Below, in pieces: positions 1 to 8,641 of a stretch of DNA of 64,000 nucleotides. The DNA comes from Blastocatellia bacterium (lineage in GTDB: Bacteria; Acidobacteriota; Blastocatellia; UBA7656). The notes under the pieces are model-generated. The model had not been told where the DNA came from and did no database searches. It saw nothing but the letters and a program-made list of their open reading frames with translations. The position numbers were made by a program, and so were the translations under genes. The stretch spans positions 1 through 64,000 of the forward strand of contig JBJMGU010000152.1 in assembly GCA_045807765.1 (NCBI GenBank). Direction: 5' to 3'. The stretch's first letter is position 1. Every line of letters starts with the position of its first letter.

Positions 1-1
1 G

Positions 2-238
2 CAGACGCAGACGACGCCACAAGTCAATCACGCGGTAAGTTATGTGGCGTTGGTCGAGCGCGTCGTGCAGTTGCTCGTCGGCCAACAATCGGTTGATGAA
101 GTGCTTAACGAACTGCATCATCTGTTTCGCAAGAACCCGACGCGAGCCCGACCGGGAAGGCAGTTGGAGCGCAACAAGCAACTGCGCTATGCCTACCGCC
201 TGCGCTTTCACAAGTATGTCAAAAAGCTATTGGCTTAA
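2..238 (+). CDS. 3' end of a CDS that starts upstream of the window (C-terminal fragment, unknown function)
   Basis: Open frame runs from the window edge to a stop at 236-238. The ending ...FRKNPTRARPGRQLERNKQLRYAYRLRFHKYVKKLLA is basic and protein-like. There is no in-window start. Confidence 0.3.
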   Translation, partial: QTQTTPQVNHAVSYVALVERVVQLLVGQQSVDEVLNELHHLFRKNPTRARPGRQLERNKQLRYAYRLRFHKYVKKLLA

Positions 239-340
239 CTTAATGCCATTGCCCTGAAAGGGTCGCTGTATATGGTCACGGCGACCCCTTCAGGGTCGGG
301 GAATGGTTCGAGGAATTCTGCTCTCAGCGACACCATTCCC

Positions 341-2341
341 TCACTGCGCGAATCTGACGCGACGCAACAAGTCAGCGAAGCGCGGGTCGGCGCGCAAGCC
401 ATTCATACGCGGGTCGGTCTTCAGCCAGGCCAGATAATTACTGCGCTCAGTATAAGCGCGCTCCAACCACGCAAATGCCTGCTCGGAATCGCCCAGCGCG
501 GCGTAGACGGTCGCCACAAAGTAGGGCACGACGTAACCGTTGGCTGAACTCAGAGCTTGCTTGAGCTTCTGTTGAGCGGTGGCGCGGTCGCCGGCTCGCG
601 CGTAGGCGAAGGCGAGATTGGTTTGCGCCGCCGGGCTGTGGTCGCCTAACTCAATCGCCCGCTGTAGCTCAGCAATGCTCCTGACAGAGTCCCCTTTCAT
701 CGCGTAACAGAGGCCGAGGTCAATATGGATCATCCGCACGTTCGGGTCTATTTTGAGCCCCTCCTGAGCATAGGCAATCGCCTCGTCGTAGTGACCCGCA
801 AGGTAGGCGGGCAATCCCGGATGAATCACCACGAAGGGCGTGAGCGGATCGAGTTGCGCGGCACGTTTCATCGCGGCGACAGCTTCGTCAAAGCGTCCCA
901 TCAAAGCGAGGTATTCGCCATACCACAAATGCACATCAGCCGATCCGGGGTTGAGTTCAAGCGCGCGTTTGAATTCCCGCTCCGCCGCCGCGTAGTCCCA
1001 GTCATAATAGGCATACACACGCGCAAGCGCGGCATGCGCCTCGGCCAGTTGCTCGTCGAGCGCCAGCGCCCGCTCGGCCATCTCCCGCGCCCTGGGCATG
1101 GCCTCGCGCGCACGCCAGTAAAACTGTGTCCCCCAGGCATAAACCGCTGAAAGTCCAGCGTCGGCCAGCGCGTCGTCAGGGTCTAGCCGGAGCGCCTGCT
1201 CGAACGACTCAATCGCTTTGTTGAGGTCGTCTTCGTTGATGCGATTATAGTAGTAGCGGCCTTTGAGATAAGCCTGGTAGGCGTCAGCGTTGTCGGTGTA
1301 GCGTTTCACCAGCCGAGTACGCTCGTCGCCGGTCAGCTTCAGGGCCAGCGCCTCGGTCACTTTCTGCGAGATGATGTCCTGCAAGGTAAAGAGATCGGTG
1401 CAGTATTCGTCACACTGATACGTCCATAGCGCCTTGCCGTCCGCGACCTGCAACAGCCGCAACGTCACCCGCACGCGGCCCGCCGCCTGCTGAATGCTGC
1501 CATCAAGCACGGCGTCCACTTTGAGTGCCTGCCCGGCTGCGAGCGGGTCCTGGGTCGCAAAGGGAAGCACGGCACGGGTCGGGCGCACGATCAGTTGATT
1601 GAGACTGCTGAGGCGTGTGATCGTCACGTCGGCCATGCCGACGCCGAGAAAATCTTCGCCCGCCTGCGGGTTGAGCGATCTGAACGGCAGCACCGCCAGC
1701 GATTTGATCGCGGCGGGCCGCCCGCCCGCGAGATTGCTTGCGGCTTCATGCCTGTCCCGGCGCCACCAATAGACAACGGCGACGACCAGCACGGCGAGCA
1801 AGGCAGCAGCCATAACGAGCCGAGCGACGGGACGGGACGACGACGCGGCGACACGGCGACGCGGCGACGCGGCGAAGGAGAAGAAGTGATGATGGCCCTT
1901 TACCTTCTCTCCCCGCGTCGCCGTGTCGCCGCGTCCCCGCGTCTCTTCTTCTTCCTCTTCCACCACGACGCGCACCTTTGATTGCTGCACCATCAGCTCG
2001 GTCCCGCCGTCGGTGACGTCGCGCACCTCGGCGACGAAGCGGTAGCCGCGCCCGGGCACGGTGACGATGTAGCGATGCTCCTGTGGGCTTTCGCCGAGCG
2101 CTTTGCGCAAGGCCGAGATGTTGATGGTCAGGTTCTTTTCTTCGACAACGGTATCGGGCCAGACGCGGTTGAGCAGGGCCTCTTTGTCGAGAATCTCGCC
2201 CCGGCTTTCGACCAGTGCCAGCAACGTCTCGAAGGACTTGGAAGTCAGCGCTACCGGCTCGTTCGCGCGCCAGAGCAGCCGCTTTACGGCATCCAGCCGG
2301 AAGGCGCCGAACTCATAAACTCGTTGCGTTGGCTGAGCCAT
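341..2341 (-). CDS. CadC/OmpR-family winged-helix transcriptional regulator with a TM segment, a TolB_N-like domain and C-terminal TPR repeats
   Basis: N-terminus FGAFRLD...LTSKSFETL...[11 protein letters not shown] is a trans_reg_C wHTH. A hydrophobic helix follows ([19 protein letters not shown]), then LAVLPFRSL and TPR-like repeats. An AAGGA RBS lies 5 nt upstream of the ATG. Confidence 0.8.
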   Translation of the reverse strand: MAQPTQRVYEFGAFRLDAVKRLLWRANEPVALTSKSFETLLALVESRGEILDKEALLNRVWPDTVVEEKNLTINISALRKALGESPQEHRYIVTVPGRGYRFVAEVRDVTDGGTELMVQQSKVRVVVEEEEEETRGRGDTATRGEKVKGHHHFFSFAASPRRRVAASSSRPVARLVMAAALLAVLVVAVVYWWRRDRHEAASNLAGGRPAAIKSLAVLPFRSLNPQAGEDFLGVGMADVTITRLSSLNQLIVRPTRAVLPFATQDPLAAGQALKVDAVLDGSIQQAAGRVRVTLRLLQVADGKALWTYQCDEYCTDLFTLQDIISQKVTEALALKLTGDERTRLVKRYTDNADAYQAYLKGRYYYNRINEDDLNKAIESFEQALRLDPDDALADAGLSAVYAWGTQFYWRAREAMPRAREMAERALALDEQLAEAHAALARVYAYYDWDYAAAEREFKRALELNPGSADVHLWYGEYLALMGRFDEAVAAMKRAAQLDPLTPFVVIHPGLPAYLAGHYDEAIAYAQEGLKIDPNVRMIHIDLGLCYAMKGDSVRSIAELQRAIELGDHSPAAQTNLAFAYARAGDRATAQQKLKQALSSANGYVVPYFVATVYAALGDSEQAFAWLERAYTERSNYLAWLKTDPRMNGLRADPRFADLLRRVRFAQ
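1820..1965. repeat. Nested inverted repeat inside the regulator CDS; arms are (GCGACGCG)n / (CGCGTCGC)n octamer tracts and flanks are GGAGAAGAAG / CTTCTTCTCC
   Basis: cgacgcggcgacacggcgacgcggcgacgcggcga ... ccgcgtcgccgtgtcgccgcgtccccgcgtc, with gaaggagaagaag...ccttctctcc inside and tcttcttcttcc outside. It is translated in frame as [46 protein letters not shown]. Confidence 0.7.
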
Positions 2342-2476
2342 AAATCCTTTGCAGCGAGCCGTCTAACTAAATCCAGCAAAATCTTACCGCGGTCGGGGAC
2401 GACATTTTACCAGCCCCTGCGGCAAAGTCGCAGCCGTTGGGCAACAAGAACGGCAGCAGAAAGAACCGGAGGCACG

Positions 2477-2749
2477 ATGAAAAGAAGAAGAACAGAGATT
2501 ACGGTCGAAACCAGCCTGCTGGTTTGGCAGCGCGGGCGCCGGCCCGACTGCCTGTCTTGCGCCACCTGCCCACAGCCTTCGCCGCTGATCGCCCCGGAGG
2601 AAGCCGCCGCGCTGGCGGGCACCAGCACGCGAACGATCTATCGCTGGGTAGAAGCCGGGTGGCTCCATTTCGCGGAAACGCCAGATGGCAAGCTGCTCGT
2701 CTGCCCGAATGCTTTAACAATTTCAATCTATAAGGAGCAACTCTCATGA
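2477..2749 (+). CDS. Small CxxC plus excisionase-type HTH (HTH_17-like) protein
   Basis: ATG at 2477 with a GGAGG 5 nt upstream. CLSCATC motif, then STRTIYRWVEAGWLHFAETPDGKLLV, which resembles AlpA/excisionase HTH. Its TGA overlaps the ATG of the next gene (ATGA coupling). Confidence 0.4.
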   Translation: MKRRRTEITVETSLLVWQRGRRPDCLSCATCPQPSPLIAPEEAAALAGTSTRTIYRWVEAGWLHFAETPDGKLLVCPNALTISIYKEQLS

Positions 2750-3405
2750 ACGCAAAACACATCTGCCAATTACTCATTCTCTGCGCCCTGCTGGCGCTGA
2801 CTGTCAGCCCGACGCCGGCCCAGGACGCGACAAACAGATTGGCAGCAGCTAGGCCGGGCGGGGCCTTCGACCCGCTCAGCAAAAAGAGCCAAGCGCTGGC
2901 CGGCACCTGGGCGACCCGGATCACGCCGCCAGTCGAATCAGGCGTCCCGGCTTTTCCAGGCTTCTTCACCTTCACCTCTGACGGTAACCTGATTGCTACC
3001 CAATCGGGCGGCGAGTTCCCGGCGCTGGGCAACCCGCAGATCGGTCTATGGGAGTACGCCGGCGGATCGCAATTTACGATCACCTACTTCGTACAGGATT
3101 TCGACGAGCAGTTTCAGCAAGTCGCCAGCGAGGAAGAGCACGCCACCATCACGTTGAACAGCGCCGGCGACCAATTCACCGGCGTCGTCGACATCAACGT
3201 CTATGACCTCGACGGCCATCTGCTATTCGGTGACTGCTGCGCCACCTTTGCAGGCAAGCGCCTCAGCGTCAAGCCGCCGCAAATCACCAGCGACCATCTT
3301 GTTGAGCCGCAGGCACAGTGGGCTTTGCCGAATCCCATCGGCGCGGCGGCAGCGCGCAGCCGCGTCTGGGGTTGGGGAAGCAAACGCGCCCAGAGGGAGC
3401 CGTGA
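2746..3405 (+). CDS. Secreted hypothetical protein with a signal peptide
   Basis: N-terminus MNAKHICQLLILCALLALTVSPTPAQD is a cleavable signal peptide. No recognisable catalytic motif. Confidence 0.6.
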   Translation: MNAKHICQLLILCALLALTVSPTPAQDATNRLAAARPGGAFDPLSKKSQALAGTWATRITPPVESGVPAFPGFFTFTSDGNLIATQSGGEFPALGNPQIGLWEYAGGSQFTITYFVQDFDEQFQQVASEEEHATITLNSAGDQFTGVVDINVYDLDGHLLFGDCCATFAGKRLSVKPPQITSDHLVEPQAQWALPNPIGAAAARSRVWGWGSKRAQREP

Positions 3406-3526
3406 GCGGCGCAAATTCGTCCGAGCGTTTGAAAGTCGCGCGGTCGAGCGGTCACAGCGACCCTCGCCGCGCGGCGGGCGCGGCGGCGTTGAAATCAGCC
3501 GCACGACCTGTTAAACCATCCAATGA

Positions 3527-4453
3527 ATGAGACGTAACTTGCTCATCTTTGTCTGCTGCCTGCTGGCGCTGGCGGCAGCCTGTAAGAAGAATCAGGATCG
3601 CTCGCCGGTCATTGCCACGGTCAACGGCAAAGAGGTACACCGCGCCGAGTTCGAGCATTTCGTGGCGGCCAAGCTCGGCGCGGTTTCCGGCAATGATACC
3701 GCCGACCTGTTGCGCAGCCAACTGCTCGACGAATACTTGCGCCGCCGGCTGCTGCTTGCCGAAGCCGAGGGCGCGGGGCTAACGGTCGCCGAAGTCGAAG
3801 TCGAGCAGGCGGCGCAAGAGAACCCGCAACTGCGCGCGCTGGTGGCCAACGGCGACTCGCGCGAAGAGATGCGGCGTGACCTGCTCATCGATAAGTATTA
3901 CCGCCAGGTCGTGCTGCGTAACGTGCGTGTGACGCCTGAAGAAGCGCAGCATTACCTTGAACAGAACCAGTCGCGGCTGACGGATAAGCCCGGCTTTCTG
4001 GTGCGCGAGATTCGCGTGCAGACGCGCGACGAGGCCGAGCGCTTGCGCCGCGAGCTAACCGAGGGCAAGCGTGATTTTGCGGCGCTGGCGCGGCTGCAAT
4101 CCGACGCGCCAAACGCCGAGGCCGGCGGCCTCAGCCGCTATGACGAAGGGCAGTTGCCCGACGTTCTCGAAAACGCAATTAAACCGCTCCACCCCGGCGA
4201 TGTCAGTCCGGTCGTCGAATCGGGCTATGGCTTTCACCTCTTCAAGCTCGAACAGCGCATCCAGCCGCACGCCCCCGAAGAGCGCCGCGCCCAGCTCGAC
4301 GACCGCCGCGCCCAGCTCACCGAAGAGCTGATCGCGCAAAGGAATCAGCAGGCCATTGACGCGGCGCTCGCGCAACTGCTCGAAAAAGCCAGCATCCAGA
4401 TCAACGACGCCACACTAGGCTTCACATATGCAGGCCAACTCAGGCATAATTGA
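3527..4453 (+). CDS. SurA-like periplasmic chaperone / PpiC-type peptidyl-prolyl isomerase lipoprotein
   Basis: Lipobox LLALAAAC. SurA_N-like helical region. Parvulin motif PGDVSPVVESGYGFHLFKLEQR. Confidence 0.75.
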   Translation: MRRNLLIFVCCLLALAAACKKNQDRSPVIATVNGKEVHRAEFEHFVAAKLGAVSGNDTADLLRSQLLDEYLRRRLLLAEAEGAGLTVAEVEVEQAAQENPQLRALVANGDSREEMRRDLLIDKYYRQVVLRNVRVTPEEAQHYLEQNQSRLTDKPGFLVREIRVQTRDEAERLRRELTEGKRDFAALARLQSDAPNAEAGGLSRYDEGQLPDVLENAIKPLHPGDVSPVVESGYGFHLFKLEQRIQPHAPEERRAQLDDRRAQLTEELIAQRNQQAIDAALAQLLEKASIQINDATLGFTYAGQLRHN

Positions 4454-4581
4454 AGTTTACGAAATAGCCCGAATCAAACGATGAATAATCAATGACGAAT
4501 GATGAATTAAGAGGGCAAGTTTTTTCTAATTCATCATTCACCATTCATCGGTCACCTTTAACTGTTGAGAGGATGTGCAGT

Positions 4582-5604
4582 ATGAAATTAGTAGTCACCG
4601 CTTTGGCCTTGGCGTGCATATTGGGGCTTGCGACGGCGGCGCGCGCGCAGGAGCCCACATTGGTCAACGAGATCATTGCCCGCGTCAATAACGACATTAT
4701 TACACTCACGGATTACCAGGCGTCGCTCGACTCTTTCAAAGAAGAGTTGCGCCGGCAAATGCAGGGCAAGAGCGAGGCGGAGGTCAACGCCGAGTTTGAG
4801 AAGCTCCGCTCGACCGTGCTCGATATGTTGATCGAAGACCTGCTGCTCGAACAGAAAGCCAAAGAGCTCGGCATTGACGTCGAGGCCGAAGTCAACCAGC
4901 AGATGTTGCAGATCATGAAAGACAGCGGCTTTAAGACGCTGACTGAGTTAGAAACGGCGATGCGCAACCAGGGGGTTGACCCCGAAAATGCCCGCAACTC
5001 GCTGCGCCGCCGCTTGCAGCAACAGTATGTCGTGCAGCGCGAAGTGCTGGTGCCGATCTATCAGCGGCTGTCTGAAAAAGAGAAGCGCGATTTCTATCAG
5101 AAAAACAAAGACAAGCTGATTATCCCCGGCGAGGTAACGCTGTCGGAAATCTTCATCCCCCTCGAAGGCCACACGGCGGCTGAAGTCGAGCAGCGCGCCC
5201 GTCGGGTCGTCGCCGAGATGCGCGCCGGCGGCAGCTTTGCGGAAGCGGTCAAGACCAACACGCCGGTGACCCGCGCCTCGCGCACCCAAGAGGGCAAGCT
5301 CGGCACCTTCCGTCCCGACGAGTTGAAAGAAGAAATTGCCGCCGCCGTCTCGTCGCTGAAAGCCGGCGACGTGACCGAGCCGATCCGCGTGCAAGACGGC
5401 TTCCAGATCATCCGCGTTGACGCCCGCAAAGACGCCACCGTGCGCCCCTACGATGATAAAGAGGTGCAGGAGATGGTCGCCCGCGCCGTGACCATGGAGC
5501 GCGCCGAAGAAGCCCGCAAGAAGTACCTGAAGAAGCTGCGCGAAGATGCCTTCGTCGAAGTCGCCAAAGGCTACCTGCCGGCGCAGGCGAAAGCCGAGAA
5601 ATAG
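4582..5604 (+). CDS. SurA-like chaperone / parvulin-type PPIase, second paralog
   Basis: ATG at 4582 with GAGAGG 9 nt upstream. Signal peptide MKLVVTALALACILGLATAARAQ. Parvulin motif AGDVTEPIRVQDGFQIIRV. Confidence 0.75.
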   Translation: MKLVVTALALACILGLATAARAQEPTLVNEIIARVNNDIITLTDYQASLDSFKEELRRQMQGKSEAEVNAEFEKLRSTVLDMLIEDLLLEQKAKELGIDVEAEVNQQMLQIMKDSGFKTLTELETAMRNQGVDPENARNSLRRRLQQQYVVQREVLVPIYQRLSEKEKRDFYQKNKDKLIIPGEVTLSEIFIPLEGHTAAEVEQRARRVVAEMRAGGSFAEAVKTNTPVTRASRTQEGKLGTFRPDELKEEIAAAVSSLKAGDVTEPIRVQDGFQIIRVDARKDATVRPYDDKEVQEMVARAVTMERAEEARKKYLKKLREDAFVEVAKGYLPAQAKAEK

Positions 5605-5607
5605 GGG

Positions 5608-5700
5608 CCAGGGGTGAGGGGCTAGGGACTAGGGATCAGAAGCTAAAGGCTAGAGATCAGCTTGTTCCCTGCTAGCCCCTAGTCCCTAGTCCCAAGCCCC
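5608..5700. repeat. Family A heptamer-arm hairpin element, (GGGACTA)n ... (TAGTCCC)n, copy 1
   Basis: gaggggctagggactagggatcag ... ttccctgctagcccctagtccctagtccc, between the SurA paralog stop and the S4 gene start. Confidence 0.8.
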
Positions 5701-5705
5701 TGACC

Positions 5706-5972
5706 ATGCGCCTTGATCTCTTCCTGAAATACTCGCGCCTGGTGCCGCGCCGCACCCTGGCGCAGCAGATGTGCGAAGCCGGAGCCGTGCGTTTGAATGG
5801 CACGCCGGCCAAGAGCGCCCGCGAAGTCCGCGTCGGCGACGAGATCGTCATCCGCCAGCGCGGGCGCCTGACGACGGTGCGGATCGCCAGTGTGCCGCTA
5901 AAACCTCCCGCGAAAGCGCAAGCCGCTACGCTCTACGAAACCATCGCCATCGAATCCTACGAAACCGAGTGA
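5706..5972 (+). CDS. S4-domain RNA-binding protein (Hsp15/ribosome-associated heat-shock protein-like)
   Basis: MRLDLFLKYSRLV...RLNGTPAKSAREVRVGDEIVI is an S4 fold signature. The stop codon lies in the first unit of a GTGACGA repeat. Confidence 0.7.
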   Translation: MRLDLFLKYSRLVPRRTLAQQMCEAGAVRLNGTPAKSAREVRVGDEIVIRQRGRLTTVRIASVPLKPPAKAQAATLYETIAIESYETE

Positions 5973-6060
5973 CGAGTGACGAGCGGGGCTGCGCCGGCTA
6001 AATCTCGCTTGGATTCGGTGTCACAACCTCTTGTCACTCGTCGCTTGTCACTTGTCACTT
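5968..6060. repeat. Family E heptamer-arm inverted repeat, (GTGACGA)2 ... (TTGTCAC/TCGTCGC)n, in the glnA 5' region
   Basis: agtgacgagtgacgagc ... cttgtcactcgtcgcttgtcacttgtcacttcg. It overlaps the S4 gene stop codon. Confidence 0.7.
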
Positions 6061-6137
6061 CGTTGCCTTATGCTGACTGCTTAGAGACGCACGCCATTAA
6101 ATTCATATCCCGCACGACGGACGAAGGAGCGACGAAA

Positions 6138-7547
6138 ATGGATCCCAAACGAGTCATGCAGTACGCGGTTGACGAGCAGGTGAAATTCGTTGACCTGCGC
6201 TTCACGGACTTGCCCGGCGCCTGGCATCACGTGACCATTCCCATCGGCGCGTTCAACGAAACGACGTTCGATTCCGGCATCGGCTTTGACGCGTCGAGCC
6301 TGCGCGGCTGGGCGTCAATCAACGAATCGGACATGCTGTTGATGCCCGACCCTTCGCGCTTCTGGATTGATCCGTTCTTCGAAGAGCCGACGCTGACCAT
6401 GTTTGCCAATGTCGTTGACCCGCTGACGAAAGAAGGCTACCAGCTCGATCCGCGCTCGGTGGCGGCGCGCGCCGAAACCTATCTGCGCTTCACAGGCATC
6501 GCCGAAGCCTGCTACTTCGGCCCCGAAGCCGAGTTCTTCATCTTCGATCACGTCAGTTATCACAACGAGACGAACAGCGCCGGTTATCGCTTCGACTCGG
6601 CGGAAGGTCTGTGGAATTCTGGCCGCCCGGAAGACAATCTCGGCTACCGCGTGCGTCACAAAGAAGGCTACGTGCCGCTGCCGCCGGTTGATTCCTTGCA
6701 CGACCTGCGCTCGGACATCGTGCAGAATCTCGAAACCGTCGGCCTCAAGCCGGAGATGCATCACCACGAAGTCGCTACCGGCGGCCAGTGCGAAATCGAT
6801 TTCCGCTTCGATACGCTGCTCGGCACCGCCGACAACGTCATGGTCTTCAAGTACATCGTCAAGAACACGGCTTTCTATTATGGCAAGGCGGCGACCTTCA
6901 TGCCGAAGCCGATGTTTGGCGATAACGGCAGCGGCATGCATTGTCATCAGTCGCTGTGGAAGGGCGACCGCGCGCTGTTTGCGGGTGACGGGTATGCCGG
7001 GCTTTCCGAGATGGCGTTGCATTATGCCGGCGGCATCCTCAAGCACGCGGCGGCGCTGGCGGCGCTGGTGGCGCCGACGACGAACAGTTATAAGCGGCTG
7101 GTGCCGGGCTATGAAGCGCCGGTCAACCTGGCCTACTCGCGGCGCAACCGCTCGGCGGCCATCCGCATCCCGATGTACTCGCAGTCGGCCAACGCCAAGC
7201 GGCTTGAGGTGCGCTTCCCCGATCCGTCGTGCAACCCTTATCTGGCGTTTGCGGCGATGATGATGGCAGGGCTTGACGGCGTTCAGAACCGCATCGATCC
7301 GGGCGAGCCGTTAGACAAAGATATTTATGACTTGTCGCCGGAAGAGTTGCAGAACGTGCCGACGCTGCCCGGCTCGCTCGACCGGGCGCTCGACGCGCTC
7401 GAAGTCGATCATGACTTCCTGCTCAAAGGCGACGTCTTCAGCGAGGCGCTGATCGAGCGTTGGATTAGTTACAAACGCCAGAAGGAAGTAGACCCGGTGC
7501 GCATGCGCCCGCACCCGCTCGAATTCCAAATGTACTTCGACGTGTAG
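6138..7547 (+). CDS. glnA: Glutamine synthetase type I
   Basis: AAGGAG RBS then ATG at 6138. GS signatures [14 protein letters not shown] and the [13 protein letters not shown] region. About 470 aa. Confidence 0.9.
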   Translation: MDPKRVMQYAVDEQVKFVDLRFTDLPGAWHHVTIPIGAFNETTFDSGIGFDASSLRGWASINESDMLLMPDPSRFWIDPFFEEPTLTMFANVVDPLTKEGYQLDPRSVAARAETYLRFTGIAEACYFGPEAEFFIFDHVSYHNETNSAGYRFDSAEGLWNSGRPEDNLGYRVRHKEGYVPLPPVDSLHDLRSDIVQNLETVGLKPEMHHHEVATGGQCEIDFRFDTLLGTADNVMVFKYIVKNTAFYYGKAATFMPKPMFGDNGSGMHCHQSLWKGDRALFAGDGYAGLSEMALHYAGGILKHAAALAALVAPTTNSYKRLVPGYEAPVNLAYSRRNRSAAIRIPMYSQSANAKRLEVRFPDPSCNPYLAFAAMMMAGLDGVQNRIDPGEPLDKDIYDLSPEELQNVPTLPGSLDRALDALEVDHDFLLKGDVFSEALIERWISYKRQKEVDPVRMRPHPLEFQMYFDV

Positions 7548-7556
7548 GGTGAGCTT

Positions 7557-8072
7557 ATGCAGTTGAAACGTAAAATCGTCGTCGCCTTGCTGTTGCTACT
7601 CGCCTTGACCGGCGCGGCGCGCGCCGAAGACAAACAGCCGGCAATCAAGCTGAAGGGCATCGCCCTCAAGCACCTCGACATCACCAGTCTGGTCGCCGAC
7701 ACGATGGTGACGATTGAGATAGAAAATCCCGGTCAGGCGTTCACCATCAAAGGGGCGAGCTATCAGCTCAAGCTGAACGAACAGGCGACGGCGGAAGGCC
7801 ATCACGACGAAGCCATCAACGTGCCCGCCGAATCTTCCGTCACCGTAGACCTGCCGCTGACGGTGAATCTGGCGGCGCTGCCCGGCGTCACCTGGCGCAC
7901 GATTGCCGATGGGCTGAATTTGAATTATGAGCTGGCCGTCGGATTCGACGTGCCGCTGCTTGGCCTCTTCACACGCAAGATGCAGACGTCGTTCAGCGGC
8001 ACCTTACCCATTGGCGACATGGCTCTGGGGCTGCCGGGCAAGCTGAAAGAGAAACTCTTCGGCAAGCCATGA
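7557..8072 (+). CDS. Secreted LEA_2/WHy-like (water-stress and hypersensitive-response type) protein
   Basis: Signal peptide ALLLLLALTGAARA. Beta-rich repeats typical of LEA14-like proteins. The call is low-specificity. Confidence 0.45.
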   Translation: MQLKRKIVVALLLLLALTGAARAEDKQPAIKLKGIALKHLDITSLVADTMVTIEIENPGQAFTIKGASYQLKLNEQATAEGHHDEAINVPAESSVTVDLPLTVNLAALPGVTWRTIADGLNLNYELAVGFDVPLLGLFTRKMQTSFSGTLPIGDMALGLPGKLKEKLFGKP

Positions 8073-8587
8073 GCGATACCTCTGTGCTGACATCGCTGCT
8101 ATTTGAAAAGATCGAACAGCAGTTCGATCTGGCCATTGCTCTGGTGGCCGTCGTCCCCGCCGATCAACTCGAATGGCAGCCGGCGGCCAACACCTTTCGG
8201 TTGAATCAACTGCTCGGTCACCTGCTCGAAGCCGCCGCCGGGTTCTGTGCCGCGCTTTACCGTTTCAAGCCGCAGGAGCTTGCCGGCTTCGAGCGCTTGC
8301 GCGACTTGCCGGTCAATCACCGTTGCGGCGTCGAAGAAGCCGCAGGCCGCTTGCGCGATTACCTGGCGCATCTCCGCGAAGGCTTCGCCGTGCTCGATGA
8401 TGCAGACCTGGCGCGCCGATGGCCTACGGTTTTTGTTCCAACGGGCGAGGCCGCGCTGACAATTCTGCTCACCAACCTTGAGCACTTTATCAATCACAAG
8501 CACCAGCTCTTCTTCTACCTCAAGATGCTCGGCGTCGTGGTCACGACGGCGCAGCTCTACGAAATCAAAACGCCGCCGGCCACTTGA
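8069..8587 (+). CDS. DinB/YfiT-like (DinB_2) four-helix-bundle metal-dependent protein
   Basis: LNQLLGHLLEAAAGF...NLEHFINHKHQLFFYL, with spaced His, typical of DinB_2. ATGA overlap with the upstream gene. Confidence 0.6.
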   Translation: MSDTSVLTSLLFEKIEQQFDLAIALVAVVPADQLEWQPAANTFRLNQLLGHLLEAAAGFCAALYRFKPQELAGFERLRDLPVNHRCGVEEAAGRLRDYLAHLREGFAVLDDADLARRWPTVFVPTGEAALTILLTNLEHFINHKHQLFFYLKMLGVVVTTAQLYEIKTPPAT

Positions 8588-8611
8588 GAGTTAACCTCTC
8601 AAGTGGCCGGC
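8575..8611. terminator. Perfect 16-bp palindrome GCCGGCCACTTGAGAG-TTAAC-CTCTCAAGTGGCCGGC between convergent genes
   Basis: Seen directly. It spans the DinB-like stop codon and lies before the flotillin stop on the other strand. Confidence 0.6.
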
Positions 8612-8641
8612 GGCGCGATACCGCATTCATCTGACGCCTGC

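Noticed and set aside
1982-2476. N-terminal 165 aa of the 255-aa plus-strand ORF
   Set aside because: It overlaps, antisense, the well-supported regulator gene. Only the last 90 codons (2477-2749), which have their own RBS and an HTH motif, were kept as a possible gene.
6061-6137. Glutamine riboswitch upstream of glnA
   Set aside because: Only a short ACGGACGAAGGAG similarity, and the second stem could not be identified by eye. It is left as a low-confidence note inside the Family E finding rather than a feature.
6315-7046. 243-aa minus-strand ORF
   Set aside because: Antisense to glnA; a compositional artefact.
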